In this document: positions 8,992-18,403 of the stretch, piece by piece
Position numbering within the stretch: position 1 is the first letter of the stretch
Layout: each line of letters starts with the position of its first letter
Assembly: GCA_902577425.1 (NCBI GenBank)
Contig: CACGZD010000001.1
Location: 401,513-465,512 of the forward strand
DNA: 64,000 nt
Reading direction: 5' to 3'
Source of the DNA: an uncultured Alphaproteobacteria bacterium
Lineage (GTDB): Bacteria; Pseudomonadota; Alphaproteobacteria; HIMB59; GCA-002718135
Notes under the pieces: model-generated
Told to the model about the DNA's origin: nothing
What the model saw: the letters and a program-made list of their open reading frames with translations, nothing else
Database searches by the model: none
Made by a program: the position numbers and the translations under genes

Positions 8992-9822
8992 TTAAAAAGG
9001 CTTATCTCCTTTAATGGCTACTCGGTCCATAATCCTTCTGTGTCCTAACCCTCTATTAGGAAAATAGTCAGCTATTGCATAATGTATCACGCTTCTATTG
9101 TCCCATATTGCCACTGCATTTTTAGTCCACTTAAATCTACATGTTAATTCTAATCTTTCTTGATGCTTAAAAATTTTCATCAATAGTTCATCACTTTCTT
9201 TTTTACTTAATCCTATAATTTTTTTTGTATAAGTCCAATTTACATATAAAATTTTCTTTTTTGTTTCAGGATGAGTTCTTACAATTGGATGCTCATTAGA
9301 ATATTCGTCTATATCTACTTTTTTTGCTTCCATTCCCGCATAATTATCTACAAAAAAAGACATTCCAAGAGAACTATGTAAGGCTTTTTTATCTATTATT
9401 TGATTTTTTAATTTCTCATCTAGTGTTTCCCAGGCCAGCTCCATATTAGCAAACATTGTATCACCACCAATTGGCGGTATTTCAACAGATTTTAAAATAA
9501 CAGCCTGAGTAGGTTTAGAATTATAACTTACATCACTGTGCCAATTTTCTCCCCAATTGTTTTTTTCATATGGTTCCTTAACAATTCTTAATATTTCAGG
9601 ATGATTAGGTAATCCTTTAACATAAGCGTGATGTTCTATAGGGCCAAAACACTTAGCAAAATCAATTTGTTCTTGATGAGAAATATCTTGTTCACGAAAA
9701 AAAATTACTTTGTGTTCCCATAAAAGATCTTTGATTATTTTTATATTATTGGCTGATGTATCACATAAATTTATACCTGTAATTTCTGCTCCTAAAGCTC
9801 CTGATAATAATTCAACTTTCAC
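8992..9822 (-). CDS. TauD/TfdA family Fe(II)/2-oxoglutarate dioxygenase
   Basis: 276 aa with HxD (WHSDVSY), a distal His (VIHYA) and WDNR. Confidence 0.8.
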   Translation of the reverse strand: MKVELLSGALGAEITGINLCDTSANNIKIIKDLLWEHKVIFFREQDISHQEQIDFAKCFGPIEHHAYVKGLPNHPEILRIVKEPYEKNNWGENWHSDVSYNSKPTQAVILKSVEIPPIGGDTMFANMELAWETLDEKLKNQIIDKKALHSSLGMSFFVDNYAGMEAKKVDIDEYSNEHPIVRTHPETKKKILYVNWTYTKKIIGLSKKESDELLMKIFKHQERLELTCRFKWTKNAVAIWDNRSVIHYAIADYFPNRGLGHRRIMDRVAIKGDKPF

Positions 9823-9869
9823 AAAAACTCATTTGTCATAAAAAAATAATTTATTCAACAATCCATTAT

Positions 9870-10715
9870 TTATTTGGGTGCTTCACCTATTATTGTAGTT
9901 CTTCTCATTACTCTTTTAACATTAGCAGTGTCATATTTGGTACCTTTATGAAGCAATCGACGATTATCCCAAACCAATACATCGCCTTCTTTATATTGAT
10001 GTCTATAAATAAATTTTGTTTTGGTTGCTAATTTATTTAATCGTTCTATAAAATTTCTTCCTTTTGAATAATTCATATTCTCGATATATTCTGCATGATC
10101 ACCTAGAAACAAACTTTTTCTTTTAGTATTAGGATGAGTTCTAACAATAGGATGAATTACTGGAGGAGCAATAATTTTTTGTTTTTTAGATAAAGGATCA
10201 TGACCATGTCTTCTATTTCTAGAAAAATCTAAATTATGAATGGCGAATAGATTATCAATTTTTAGTTTCATGTTATCACTTAAAGAATCATATGCATTTT
10301 CCATACAACAAAAATGGGTTTCGCCTCCTTTCAATGGAATTATATCTGCAACCATTATAGTTGCTTGACCTGTGATTTTACGCCATGATCCATCAGTATG
10401 CCAATATAAAGAACCTTGATCAGGATGCTTTCCAGAAGGTTGTCCATTATTATCAAGATTGCTTAATACGTAAATTTCTGGGTGTCCCTTAGCATGATTC
10501 TGATTAACAGCATGAATTAAAACTTTTCCAAATTTTCTTCCAAATGTAACTTGATTTTTAATAGATAGATTTTGATTTCTAAATAATAAGACACCATATT
10601 CATTAAAGATTTTAAGAATTTCTTTAAAAGATTTATAATTTAAATCTTTTGATAATTTATAGTTTAAAATTTCTGCACCAAATTTTTTATGAAGTTTTTT
10701 TATTTTAATTGCCAT
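9870..10715 (-). CDS. TauD/TfdA family Fe(II)/2-oxoglutarate dioxygenase (second paralog)
   Basis: 281 aa with HxD (WHTDGSW), WDNRRLLH and a conserved C-terminal Arg. Confidence 0.8.
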   Translation of the reverse strand: MAIKIKKLHKKFGAEILNYKLSKDLNYKSFKEILKIFNEYGVLLFRNQNLSIKNQVTFGRKFGKVLIHAVNQNHAKGHPEIYVLSNLDNNGQPSGKHPDQGSLYWHTDGSWRKITGQATIMVADIIPLKGGETHFCCMENAYDSLSDNMKLKIDNLFAIHNLDFSRNRRHGHDPLSKKQKIIAPPVIHPIVRTHPNTKRKSLFLGDHAEYIENMNYSKGRNFIERLNKLATKTKFIYRHQYKEGDVLVWDNRRLLHKGTKYDTANVKRVMRRTTIIGEAPK

Positions 10716-10723
10716 TAAAAAAT

Positions 10724-11596
10724 TTAGTGAAAAGATTGTGGGTTAGGTAATTCTACTATTGGATTAGATTCTATAATTGCAAGATCATCTTCTAAGGGCA
10801 TATTTATATTACATGAACTCCACTTCCCAGTTGGTTTAATTCCTCTACAAAGTATAGCCTTTTCCGCATACATGGGATGTAGAGGATTTGTGGATTCAGG
10901 ATTACAATATCTTATTGTTAAACCGCATCTTCTCTTATGAGACAAGTTTGGGAGCGATCCATGTGCAATCATATCAGCATGTAAAGAAAAATCTCCAGCT
11001 TTAAGAATATTTAAATAAGGGCTGCCAAATTTTTCAATACCAGTAATTTCTTGACTCAATACAGGATTTTTTTTATCTGTAACTTTCCAAGGTAATGGGC
11101 CTACCTTGTGTGAACCAGGAAGAAACTCCATCGGAGCATTATCTAAATCAGTATCATCTATAGCCAACCAAACAGTAACTGTTCTTGCCGGAGACATTAA
11201 CCAATAACTCGCATCTTGATGATAAGGAACTGGCCTATTATCATTTGGAAGTTTATTAAAAAAATGTGAAGCCCAACAAATAATATTGGGACCAATTAAA
11301 TCCTCGACGTGATTTAATATTTTGATATTATTGATAATTTTCCAAATTGATTTTGATTTATGTTGATAGCAATTTATTGAATAACTATCTCTACCATCTT
11401 TATATGATTGAAGTTTATGAAATAAATTATCTACAGATTTTCTTACCTCATTTATTTCGTTTTTAGAAAATGCATTAAAAGGTGCAATGAAACCATTAGA
11501 ATTATATTTCTCAATATCTTCAAATGATAATAATTTTGGAGAAGAGTTTTGTATAGGTAAAAAACTCAGGTCTCGATTGTCACTTTCTTTAACCAT
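10724..11596 (-). CDS. Phytanoyl-CoA dioxygenase (PhyH) family oxygenase (second copy)
   Basis: 290 aa with HxD (YHQDASYW) and a distal His (IAHGSLPN). Confidence 0.75.
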   Translation of the reverse strand: MVKESDNRDLSFLPIQNSSPKLLSFEDIEKYNSNGFIAPFNAFSKNEINEVRKSVDNLFHKLQSYKDGRDSYSINCYQHKSKSIWKIINNIKILNHVEDLIGPNIICWASHFFNKLPNDNRPVPYHQDASYWLMSPARTVTVWLAIDDTDLDNAPMEFLPGSHKVGPLPWKVTDKKNPVLSQEITGIEKFGSPYLNILKAGDFSLHADMIAHGSLPNLSHKRRCGLTIRYCNPESTNPLHPMYAEKAILCRGIKPTGKWSSCNINMPLEDDLAIIESNPIVELPNPQSFH

Positions 11597-12158
11597 TTTC
11601 TTTTATTACCTTAAGCTTATAATGAGTTTGTTTTATAACATTATTATAATGCCTGATATGATATTCTAAGTCTTCTTTTGAAATTTTATTTTTTTTATAT
11701 AAATTATCATAATTCTCTTCTAAAAAATGTACTGTATTAATAATTTTAAAATTTACCTTATGAATCATGGCTAAAGGGGTATTCGCGGCATTTATTTTTA
11801 TCCAGCGGGTATTACTTTCTAAATCATAAAGTTCTAATCCTAAAGCAGTAATAGGTCTTACATGAGTGGGGTCAGATAAATAATTATCATGTCTTGGATG
11901 AGGAACTATAATATCTATTTCAGCTTCATGACAACAAATCCTATATAGCTCTTTCATTATATTGTTAAAAATATCTGGATTTTGACCAATATGCTCAAGA
12001 ACATGAGACAGCATAATATTAGATACTTCGTTATCTTTAAAAGGATAAGGAAAAGTTTCTAAATCATGAACATATTCTGGATTAAAAGTATCAAACTTAT
12101 CTAAATTAGCATATCCATCTATTCTTTTATTTCCAGAACCCAGATTTATTTTAATCAT
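11589..12158 (-). CDS. Class I SAM-dependent methyltransferase (small, Methyltransf_11-like)
   Basis: 189 aa with motif I (INLGSGNKRIDGYANLD) and SHVLEHI. It overlaps the downstream PhyH gene by 8 nt. Confidence 0.6.
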   Translation of the reverse strand: MIKINLGSGNKRIDGYANLDKFDTFNPEYVHDLETFPYPFKDNEVSNIMLSHVLEHIGQNPDIFNNIMKELYRICCHEAEIDIIVPHPRHDNYLSDPTHVRPITALGLELYDLESNTRWIKINAANTPLAMIHKVNFKIINTVHFLEENYDNLYKKNKISKEDLEYHIRHYNNVIKQTHYKLKVIKENG

Positions 12159-12315
12159 TTTCTATATAAATTAACTACATTATAAAAAGTTTAATAATTT
12201 TTACTTTAAATATGTTGATGATGCAAATTATTGTTGAATTATTAGTTTTTAAACTTCAATAAAATGCTAAAATAATTTTAATAATAAATATTAAGCGTGG
12301 TGATTTTTTTAAAGA

Positions 12316-13785
12316 ATGAACAATATAATAAAAGAATTGTTAGAAAAGGCTAAAGATTGCCAAAATAAAAAAGAAAATTTAAAAGCTGAAAAATTTTATA
12401 AAAAAATCATTGATATAGATATAAATAATTTTGAAGCTCACAACTTACTTGGAATACTTTACTGCCAATATAAAAAATTCAATGAAGGTTTAAAGTATTT
12501 TAATAAAGCAATTAAAATTAATGATAATCATGCAGGATTATATTGTAATAAAGGAAATGCACATTTTGAATTAAATGAATTCGAAGAAGCTATAAAAAAT
12601 TATGATATAGCAATATCCTTAAACCCTAAATTAGTTGATGCTTACTACAACAAAGGAAATGCTTTACAAAAATTACAAAGTTTTGAAGAATCAATAATCA
12701 GCTACGATAAAGCTCTAGAATTTAATTCTAATTTATTTGGTGCATATATAAACAAAGGTAACTCTCTTAAAAACTTAAAAAAATTAGATGAAGCAATTTC
12801 AAATTATAATAAAGCAATTGAAATTAATTCAAATGAAGTAGAGCCGCATTGGAATAAAGCAATTACCCTTTTGCTTAAAGGAGATTTGGAAGAAGGTTGG
12901 AAATATTATGAATGGAGATGGAAAAAATATAATTTTTCATCTGAAAAAAGAAATTTTTCTCAACCATTATGGTTAGGAGATTTTAACATAAACAAAAAAA
13001 TAATTTTAATCCATACTGAGCAAGGATTAGGAGATAGTATACAATTTTCAAGATATATTGAGCTAGTAGAAAAATTAGGCGCTAAAGTAATATTTGAAGT
13101 TGAAGATTCACTTATAAAACTAATGAAAAATTTAAATGGAAATTTTGCTATAGTTCGAAAAGGAGAAAAATTACCCTTTTTTGATTGCCACTGCCCGCTA
13201 CTTAGTTTGCCTAATGCCTTTAAAACAAACATTAATAGTATTCCTCAAAATATTCCCTATATTACAAAACCCAGTCTCCCAAAAAAAATTTGGGAAAATA
13301 AATTAAATCAAGATAATTTTAATATTGGAATATGTTGGCAAGGTAGCTCATATTCAAAAGATGAAGGAAGATCGTTTTCAATAAAATATTTTAAAAATAT
13401 CTCTAAAATAAAAAATGTTAAATTATTTAGCTTACAAAAAAATGATGGTTCAGAGCAGCTACAGTCAAATTTTGAAGAAATAAAAGTAATTAATTTTGGC
13501 ACTGATTTAGATAAAGAAGCGGCCTTTTTAGATACAGCCGTATTAATGACTAAATTAGATTTAATAATTACTGTAGATACATCAATAGCACATTTAGCAG
13601 GATCAATGGGTTGTAAGGTTTGGGTACTTTTGCAATTTATTCCTGATTGGCGATGGATGTTAGATAAAAAAATAACCCCCTGGTATCCTTCAATGAAATT
13701 ATTTAGACAATTAAAACTAAATGATTGGAATGGGCCTTTTAAACAAATAGAAAATGAGATTAATTCATTTATTAATAGTAATTAA
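12316..13785 (+). CDS. TPR-repeat protein fused to a glycosyltransferase family 9-like domain
   Basis: 489 aa. The N-terminal half is repeated 34-aa TPR units (AxxNxGxxxxxxxxxxEAIxxYxKAIxINP). The C-terminal half carries GT9 signatures: EQGLGDSIQF and TVDTSIAHLAGSMGCKVWVL. Confidence 0.7.
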   Translation: MNNIIKELLEKAKDCQNKKENLKAEKFYKKIIDIDINNFEAHNLLGILYCQYKKFNEGLKYFNKAIKINDNHAGLYCNKGNAHFELNEFEEAIKNYDIAISLNPKLVDAYYNKGNALQKLQSFEESIISYDKALEFNSNLFGAYINKGNSLKNLKKLDEAISNYNKAIEINSNEVEPHWNKAITLLLKGDLEEGWKYYEWRWKKYNFSSEKRNFSQPLWLGDFNINKKIILIHTEQGLGDSIQFSRYIELVEKLGAKVIFEVEDSLIKLMKNLNGNFAIVRKGEKLPFFDCHCPLLSLPNAFKTNINSIPQNIPYITKPSLPKKIWENKLNQDNFNIGICWQGSSYSKDEGRSFSIKYFKNISKIKNVKLFSLQKNDGSEQLQSNFEEIKVINFGTDLDKEAAFLDTAVLMTKLDLIITVDTSIAHLAGSMGCKVWVLLQFIPDWRWMLDKKITPWYPSMKLFRQLKLNDWNGPFKQIENEINSFINSN

Positions 13786-13830
13786 TATTTTCTAAAATTT
13801 GTTTATAATTGAATATCGTAAAAATTTCTT

Positions 13831-14625
13831 ATGACTAAAAAAACAATTAAAGCTATACAACAACAAAAGGGGAGGAGAAAAATTACATGTTTGACCGCTT
13901 ATACTTCTGCTATTGCTAAAATCATTGATAATTATGTAGATATTGTTTTAGTAGGTGATTCTTTGGGATCAACAATTTATGGAATGAAAAATACCCAAAA
14001 AGTTACATTGGGCATGATGAAGGAGCATGGTCGAGCTGTTTCTCAGTACTGCAAAAAATCATTTACTATTGTTGATATGCCATTTAATACCTATAATAAT
14101 AATAAAGAAGCATTATCAAATGCTAAGAGTATAATTAGTTATACTAAATGCCAATCAGTCAAAATAGAAACTGACGAAAATAATATAGGAATAGTAAAAT
14201 ATTTAACTAAAAACAAAATCAAAGTTGTATCTCATATTGGTGTGACTCCTCAAAAATATAAAAATTTTAATAAAATACGTACAGTAGGTAAGCTACCAAA
14301 TGAAAAAGAGAAAATTATCAAATTAGCTTTAAATCTTGAAAATGCTGGCTCATGTTTAATTGTTCTTGAATGTATGAAAGAAACTTTAGCCAAAGAGATA
14401 TCAAAAAAATTAAAAATTCCAACTATTGGTATAGGTGCTTCTAAAGATTGCGATGGTCAAATTTTGGTAATAGATGATATATTAGGTACATCTAGCTCAG
14501 AAAAAAAACCGAAGTTTGTTAAATCATATGCTAATTTTGAATCAATAATTAATAAATCTGTAAAAAAATATTGCTTAGATGTTATTCAAAAAAAATTTCC
14601 TAATAAAAAAAATGTTTATAAGTAG
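13831..14625 (+). CDS. panB: 3-methyl-2-oxobutanoate hydroxymethyltransferase
   Basis: 264 aa with LTAYT, VGDSLG and the overall KPHMT pattern. Confidence 0.9.
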   Translation: MTKKTIKAIQQQKGRRKITCLTAYTSAIAKIIDNYVDIVLVGDSLGSTIYGMKNTQKVTLGMMKEHGRAVSQYCKKSFTIVDMPFNTYNNNKEALSNAKSIISYTKCQSVKIETDENNIGIVKYLTKNKIKVVSHIGVTPQKYKNFNKIRTVGKLPNEKEKIIKLALNLENAGSCLIVLECMKETLAKEISKKLKIPTIGIGASKDCDGQILVIDDILGTSSSEKKPKFVKSYANFESIINKSVKKYCLDVIQKKFPNKKNVYK

Positions 14626-14636
14626 TTTAATAATAC

Positions 14637-15632
14637 TTGATGAATAATAAATCAAAAAAAAGAATTTTTTGTGTTGCTCCAATGATGGGATACACTACAC
14701 CTCACGCCCGTAGACTTTATCGAATGCTTTCTTCTGAAGCATTTTTATTTACCGAAATGATAGCAACAAAAACAATGATACATTCTCAAAATAGAGATTT
14801 AATTATAGAAAATGACTCCAATAACCCTATTGCTTTACAGGTTGGAGGATCTGAAATTGATGATTTAAAAAAATGCTCCAAAATTGCTAAATCTTATAAT
14901 TATGATGAAATAAATTTAAATGTAGGGTGTCCAAGTAAGGCAGTACAAAAAGGAAGTTTTGGAGCATGTTTAATGAAAAAAAAATCCTTAGTTAGACATT
15001 GTTTAGAACAAATGAAAAATGCAGCAGATATTGAGGTTTCTGTAAAATGTCGTATTGGAATTGGAAAAGAATTTAACTATGATTTTTTTTCAGACTTTAT
15101 AAATGAAATTATTAAAAGTGACATTTCAATAGTATATGTACATGCTCGTAATGCAATTCTAAATGGAATAAGCCCAAAAGCCAATAGAAATATTCCACCA
15201 TTAAATTATGAATTTGTAAAAAAAATTAAATTAGAGCACCCAAAAGTGCAATTCATTCTCAATGGGGGAATAGAAAATTTAGAGCATGCATATAAACTTT
15301 CAAATGAATACGATGGGGTAATGGTTGGTAGATTGATTCAAAATAATCCTTTTTGTTTATCTAAGATAGATAAACTTTTTTTTAACTATTCTGAAAAGAA
15401 AATAATTAATGAAAAAATAATTATTGAATATTTCAATTATATTAAGCCAAAAATTAATACTGAATCGATATTTAGATTATTGAGTCCAATATTGCAGATT
15501 TTTTTTGGTGTTCCTGATAGTAAAAAATTTAAAACTGATATTCATGATAATATGAAAAATCATAAAATAAATGAACTTGAGTCTTTATTTTTACAATTTA
15601 TTAAACAAAAAAAAGAATTATTAATTAATTAA
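14637..15632 (+). CDS. dusA: tRNA-dihydrouridine synthase A
   Basis: 331 aa with CVAPMMGYTTPHAR, NLNVGCPS and VHARNA. Confidence 0.85.
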   Translation: MMNNKSKKRIFCVAPMMGYTTPHARRLYRMLSSEAFLFTEMIATKTMIHSQNRDLIIENDSNNPIALQVGGSEIDDLKKCSKIAKSYNYDEINLNVGCPSKAVQKGSFGACLMKKKSLVRHCLEQMKNAADIEVSVKCRIGIGKEFNYDFFSDFINEIIKSDISIVYVHARNAILNGISPKANRNIPPLNYEFVKKIKLEHPKVQFILNGGIENLEHAYKLSNEYDGVMVGRLIQNNPFCLSKIDKLFFNYSEKKIINEKIIIEYFNYIKPKINTESIFRLLSPILQIFFGVPDSKKFKTDIHDNMKNHKINELESLFLQFIKQKKELLIN

Positions 15633-16161
15633 AAGGAATTTGATAAGAAAGTGATAAGATTTCTGTTCCAGGATTTTTGTCGCCTAGATTTGCATTAGAA
15701 ATATGTCCAAAAGATATGCCTATTCTATTTTTATTTTTTAATTCATAACTAAATTCAAAAGTAGTTCTAAATTGAATATTGTTCCCAAGCTTTTTGCCAT
15801 CACCATCTTCATAAAATCCTGCGCCAAAACTTGGGGTAAATATAAAATTAGAATCATCACCTACAAATAGAGTGCCAAGATTATCTTCTAAATAAATTCC
15901 ACCCAATACATACATTGCGGAGTCAGTTGTAGTTTCAAAACCAAAAAATGGCTTAAGATAAAAAAAATTTTCACTTTCAGGTCCTATTTCAACTATAGAA
16001 TTATCAAATCTTCTTTCATATCTTATATCGACAGCTTCATTAGTTTGACTGCCATCAAACTTCACATCATACAAGCCAAAGCCAAAAATATCATATCCAC
16101 CTGCATACAAAATTTTAGGAAATAAAAATAATATTAAAATAATTAATAATTTTTTAAACAT
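15625..16161 (-). CDS. Acyloxyacyl hydrolase / lipid A 3-O-deacylase (PagL)-like outer-membrane protein
   Basis: 178 aa with a signal peptide, alternating beta-strand pattern, a GHISNA His-Ser motif and a C-terminal aromatic residue. Confidence 0.6.
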   Translation of the reverse strand: MFKKLLIILILFLFPKILYAGGYDIFGFGLYDVKFDGSQTNEAVDIRYERRFDNSIVEIGPESENFFYLKPFFGFETTTDSAMYVLGGIYLEDNLGTLFVGDDSNFIFTPSFGAGFYEDGDGKKLGNNIQFRTTFEFSYELKNKNRIGISFGHISNANLGDKNPGTEILSLSYQIPFN

Positions 16162-16260
16162 TTATTTTTTTATACTAAAACAATTTTTAATTCTATCAAT
16201 TGAAAATTGTTAAATTAACTACTTGATATCTTAATAATAGTATAGTGCTTAATAAAAAAA

Positions 16261-17073
16261 TTAATTCGATTCAAAAATATCAAGGATTTTGCCAGAATCA
16301 TCAAAAATTCCTGCTAAAATTTTAGGATTATCCAAAGGTTGATTAAACAATGAACAAACAATTCTTTTATTAACATCTTTTATTTTTTCATTATTAGAAG
16401 ATTTGTAACCTCTTACAATTCTAATAAAAGTATTATAAGGATTATTTAAATTGGAAAAATTTTGATAACCCCACCAAAAACAATCATTTTGAGCTGATAA
16501 AGGACGAGAAATATCAACACCTCTATTTAAAAATAAAATTTTTTTTGTACTCGTATAAGCAGCATGTTTTAAATTGATAAAATATTGATTATGCCCAGGT
16601 TGAGAAAGAATAGAGGAGTTTAATCTTGAAGTCCACTTGCTTATAGGAATTGTTCCTTGTGTAGAAATTTGCAACAATTCTTCTCTATTAAAGCCATATG
16701 ATTTAATTGTTGCATCTACTCCGTGTTCAAACATCCATTTAACAATGTCATTTGGATTCGGAGCAGTTTGCAACTGAAGTAATTTTAGAAACATTTCTTC
16801 TTGAGCTCCTCGCAAAAAAATAATTTTTTCAGGATCCAAATGAAATTTAGACATAAGATTGTTTCTAAGATCTAAAACACTGCTTAATGTTTTTTTAGAT
16901 TCTGCTCCTAGACCTATAATATTTCCTAAAAAAACTAATGCATCATTTTTTTCAAATTTTTTTAATAAGTATTTTTTAATAGACTCAAAAGCAATATTTC
17001 TAGAATGTATAGAGCCTATAGCCCAAATTTTTTTTGATTTTTCAATTTCAATAAAATTTGTTTTTTTTTTCAC
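16261..17073 (-). CDS. Metallophosphoesterase (PrpA/ApaH-like) homolog with every metal-binding motif substituted; probably a pseudoenzyme
   Basis: 270 aa, collinear with Ser/Thr phosphatase 1-type enzymes. GDIHG is GSIHS, GDxxDRG is GNIIGLG, GNHE is GAQE, and HAG is NRG. The WMFEHGVDATIKSYG block is retained. Confidence 0.6.
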   Translation of the reverse strand: MKKKTNFIEIEKSKKIWAIGSIHSRNIAFESIKKYLLKKFEKNDALVFLGNIIGLGAESKKTLSSVLDLRNNLMSKFHLDPEKIIFLRGAQEEMFLKLLQLQTAPNPNDIVKWMFEHGVDATIKSYGFNREELLQISTQGTIPISKWTSRLNSSILSQPGHNQYFINLKHAAYTSTKKILFLNRGVDISRPLSAQNDCFWWGYQNFSNLNNPYNTFIRIVRGYKSSNNEKIKDVNKRIVCSLFNQPLDNPKILAGIFDDSGKILDIFESN

Positions 17074-17076
17074 TAA

Positions 17077-17580
17077 TTACTTATTATATAATGTTGTTTC
17101 TATTTTTTCAGTAGCTTGAAAATAATCAGTTTTTTCTACTGCTGCCACCTCTCTTGCTAATCGCTCTAACGCAACTTGAAACATTTGTCTTTCACTATAG
17201 GATTGCTCAGGTTGACTATTTTTACGAAATAAATCTCTGACTACCTCTCCTATTTTTACTGGATCTCCTGAAAATATTTTGGTATCATATTCTTGTGCCC
17301 GCCTACTCCACATAATTCTTCGTATTTTGGGTTTCAGTTTTAAAATGTTAAATACTTCTTCTATAATTTTTTTAGATGAAATTTTTCTTAAACCAACTTC
17401 ATTTTGTTTATCTAAAGGAACCCGAATTGTTAGTTTGCCCTGCTCCATTTTAACAACATAAAATTTTGTTTTTATGCTGGAAACCTCCATGGATTCTATT
17501 TTGATTATCTCTCCAACCCCATGTTTAGGATAAACTACAATTTCTCCAATTTTAAATTCCTTATTTTTCTTAGTTTTCAT
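17077..17580 (-). CDS. carD: CarD/CdnL family RNA-polymerase-binding transcription factor
   Basis: 167 aa with an N-terminal Tudor-like VVYPKHGVGEI. It starts directly after the fdxA stop. Confidence 0.9.
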   Translation of the reverse strand: MKTKKNKEFKIGEIVVYPKHGVGEIIKIESMEVSSIKTKFYVVKMEQGKLTIRVPLDKQNEVGLRKISSKKIIEEVFNILKLKPKIRRIMWSRRAQEYDTKIFSGDPVKIGEVVRDLFRKNSQPEQSYSERQMFQVALERLAREVAAVEKTDYFQATEKIETTLYNK

Positions 17581-17913
17581 TTATTCTCCTGGTTTTTCAC
17601 TAAAATGTTCTACAAATTTATTTTTAACATTTTCCCATTTTTTAGCATCTTTTGGTGGATCTTTTTTTTCAGTAATTACAGGCCATTTTTCGGAATAAAT
17701 TCGGTTAATCTCAGCCCATTTTTCCATATTTTCTTCAGTATCTGGATGAATGGCATCTATAGGACATTCTGGTTCACACACTCCACAGTCAATACACTCA
17801 TCTGGGTGAATCACAAGCATATTTTCACCTTCGTAAAAACAATCCACTGGGCATACTTCTACACAATCCATATGCTTACATTTAATGCAATTTTCATCAA
17901 CTACGTATGTCAA
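17581..17913 (-). CDS. fdxA: Ferredoxin, 7Fe type
   Basis: 110 aa with [18 protein letters not shown] and [12 protein letters not shown] cluster motifs. Confidence 0.9.
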   Translation of the reverse strand: MTYVVDENCIKCKHMDCVEVCPVDCFYEGENMLVIHPDECIDCGVCEPECPIDAIHPDTEENMEKWAEINRIYSEKWPVITEKKDPPKDAKKWENVKNKFVEHFSEKPGE

Positions 17914-17922
17914 GAGGAGAAC

Positions 17923-18375
17923 CTATTCATTAATTCCCATTTTTAATAAAACTTTTTTCTTAGCTTTTCCACATTCATAATCATTTAAATATAATAATCC
18001 TGCGAGCCTTCTAATAAGATTAGATTCATAGTCATGAACTTTTCCATCAGAAAGAATAATTTCCCATAAAATTTCTATTAATTCTATTTTCTTTTCATCA
18101 GAATAGAGTTTATTAATTTTAGAAGTAAAAAAATGTAAAGATTTGTGATTATTAAGATCATTTATACATTTATCTATTTCTCTCTGAACATCGTCTGGCT
18201 TTTCTTCAAATAAGTTCACTAAAAAATTAAATATTTTTTCAATTTCTTTTTGATCAATATTTCCATCAACATTGGCAGCTTCAATCATAATTCCACACAA
18301 TATATTTAAATCAGAAATTTCTGTTTCCATACTTTCTTTAGATCTTATAAAAAAATTTTTAAGTGAGTTTATCAA
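17923..18375 (-). CDS. TerB-like (tellurite-resistance TerB / DjlA N-domain fold) protein
   Basis: 150 aa, helical, with paired acidic motifs (AANVDGNIDQKEIE and ILSDGKVHDYESNL) typical of TerB. Confidence 0.55.
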   Translation of the reverse strand: MINSLKNFFIRSKESMETEISDLNILCGIMIEAANVDGNIDQKEIEKIFNFLVNLFEEKPDDVQREIDKCINDLNNHKSLHFFTSKINKLYSDEKKIELIEILWEIILSDGKVHDYESNLIRRLAGLLYLNDYECGKAKKKVLLKMGINE

Positions 18376-18403
18376 TTTAAATTTATTTTGTTAAAAAGGT
18401 TCA

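Noticed and set aside
17521-17946. A 141-aa plus-strand ORF rich in Phe, Trp and Ile
   Set aside because: It lies entirely antisense to fdxA and the start of carD, both of which have clear motifs. It is a shadow ORF with low-complexity composition.
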